Part shown: positions 62,918 through 64,000 of the stretch, in pieces
Position numbering within the stretch: position 1 is the stretch's first letter
Layout of the letters: each line of letters starts with the position of its first letter
Origin: Enoplolaimus lenunculus
Lineage: Eukaryota
Direction of reading: 5' to 3'
Assembly: GCA_030248215.1 (NCBI GenBank)
Contig: JASANG010003525.1
Coordinates: forward strand, 310,001 to 374,000
DNA length: 64,000 nucleotides
Position numbers and translations under genes: made by a program
The notes under the pieces: model-generated
The model's input: only the letters and a program-made list of their open reading frames with translations
Told to the model about the DNA's origin: nothing
Database searches by the model: none

Positions 62918-64000
62918 CATATGTATGTGTTCATTTTCAACAGTGGCATATAGAACGTGTGTTTGTTATGTGCTCTAATTTACTTACACCTTTCAATTTT
63001 ATGCTTGGCATTTCACTGTTGATACACTGCAAAAAATGATGAGTCAAAATGACTCTCTCCGAAATAGTCATACGGGACAAATTCGGCTTATTGAGTCGGA
63101 ACGTTTGCCTCTTGCGGAGTCGAATTTGACTCAGTTTGTGTAGTCCCGTACAGCCTATTTCAGACAAGGTAAATCGGTCTCAGCATTTTTTGCAATATAA
63201 GTTTTCAACTAAATTGAATTCAACTAAATTTATCCCACGGATTTTGTTTCCGTAATTTTACTTTTCATTCACTTCTATTTGCCGCTTTAGAGCAGGGTAG
63301 AGTCCGCGTTTGCTCTCTTTTGTTTCTACATGGAGTCAGTTAAAAAGTCTCAAGGTAAACAATGTTATATATACATCAGTTTTGTTTTTTGTTTTCAATG
63401 CGTATAGGTGTTGAGCGTTATAATATATTTTAAAAGATTGTGATGTTGTTAAATTTAGTAAACGTAAACGTACAATTGTTATTAAATAAATTTTGTTTCA
63501 TGTTTTTATGGTATTGTTTTTGTTGCGCTAACAACCGCTTGATATCAGTCGCAATATTTGATATTATTTCAAGCTGGCCCTTCCCTCGCATCCTCGGTGT
63601 TGGCAACGAAGGCCAATTTCTTCCTCAAAACTGTATCAACAATTAAAATAAGATGCACCAAAGAAATAAATTTCGTAAAATTATGCAAAATCTTACTAAC
63701 ATTAAAACTACCGGAACCTCCGGAAAATTTTACCAGAGATGGAGCTCGATTTTTTGCCGGAGCCGGAAGAAGACCTTTGGTTGTACCCTGCAAACAAGCT
63801 AAACCGAGTTTCAAGTTTTATACAAACACAAAAAATTCACAACGGAAATTGCCTGGAATTTTGGCAACAATTCTATCGGAGTCAGATGCCGGTGCTGGTG
63901 GCAGATGTCCTGTTGCACCCAGCTAGGTATATACATAGCGAGCGGTGTGTAAAACCGGATATCCGGTCCCGCTGATGTTATAGTTTAATTTTCCCTAATG

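Overview
Eukaryotic, AT-rich, intron- and transposon-rich animal DNA. It is most likely nematode, because dispersed elements carry the TTAGGC telomere repeat; vertebrate-like intron positions hint at an early-branching lineage (inference). Five protein genes can be reconstructed by hand: a 3-exon GPI-type Ly6/uPAR three-finger protein (+, 2756-6740); a single-exon CABIT-domain Serrano-like protein (-, 9011-11716); an 8-exon UCH-L3-type deubiquitinase with a 12-nt microexon (-, 41037-45087); a divergently transcribed 8-exon Rpn13/ADRM1 that keeps its PRU domain but appears to lack the UCH37-binding DEUBAD domain (+, 51579-55632); and an intronless GFRP/GCHFR with a 1-nt frameshift (+, 61759-62011). 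The UCH-Rpn13 spacer holds a decayed CR1-like LINE and a cluster of ~360-bp units with tRNA-like heads. The rest is non-autonomous DNA transposons, dominated by roughly 25 copies of a ~200-bp GGCC-ended, 8-bp-TSD (Merlin-like) MITE with internal telomeric repeats. hAT-, piggyBac-, CACTG-, TA-flanked and Helentron/HINE-like elements and several tandem repeats are also present. All calls are by eye; no searches were run.
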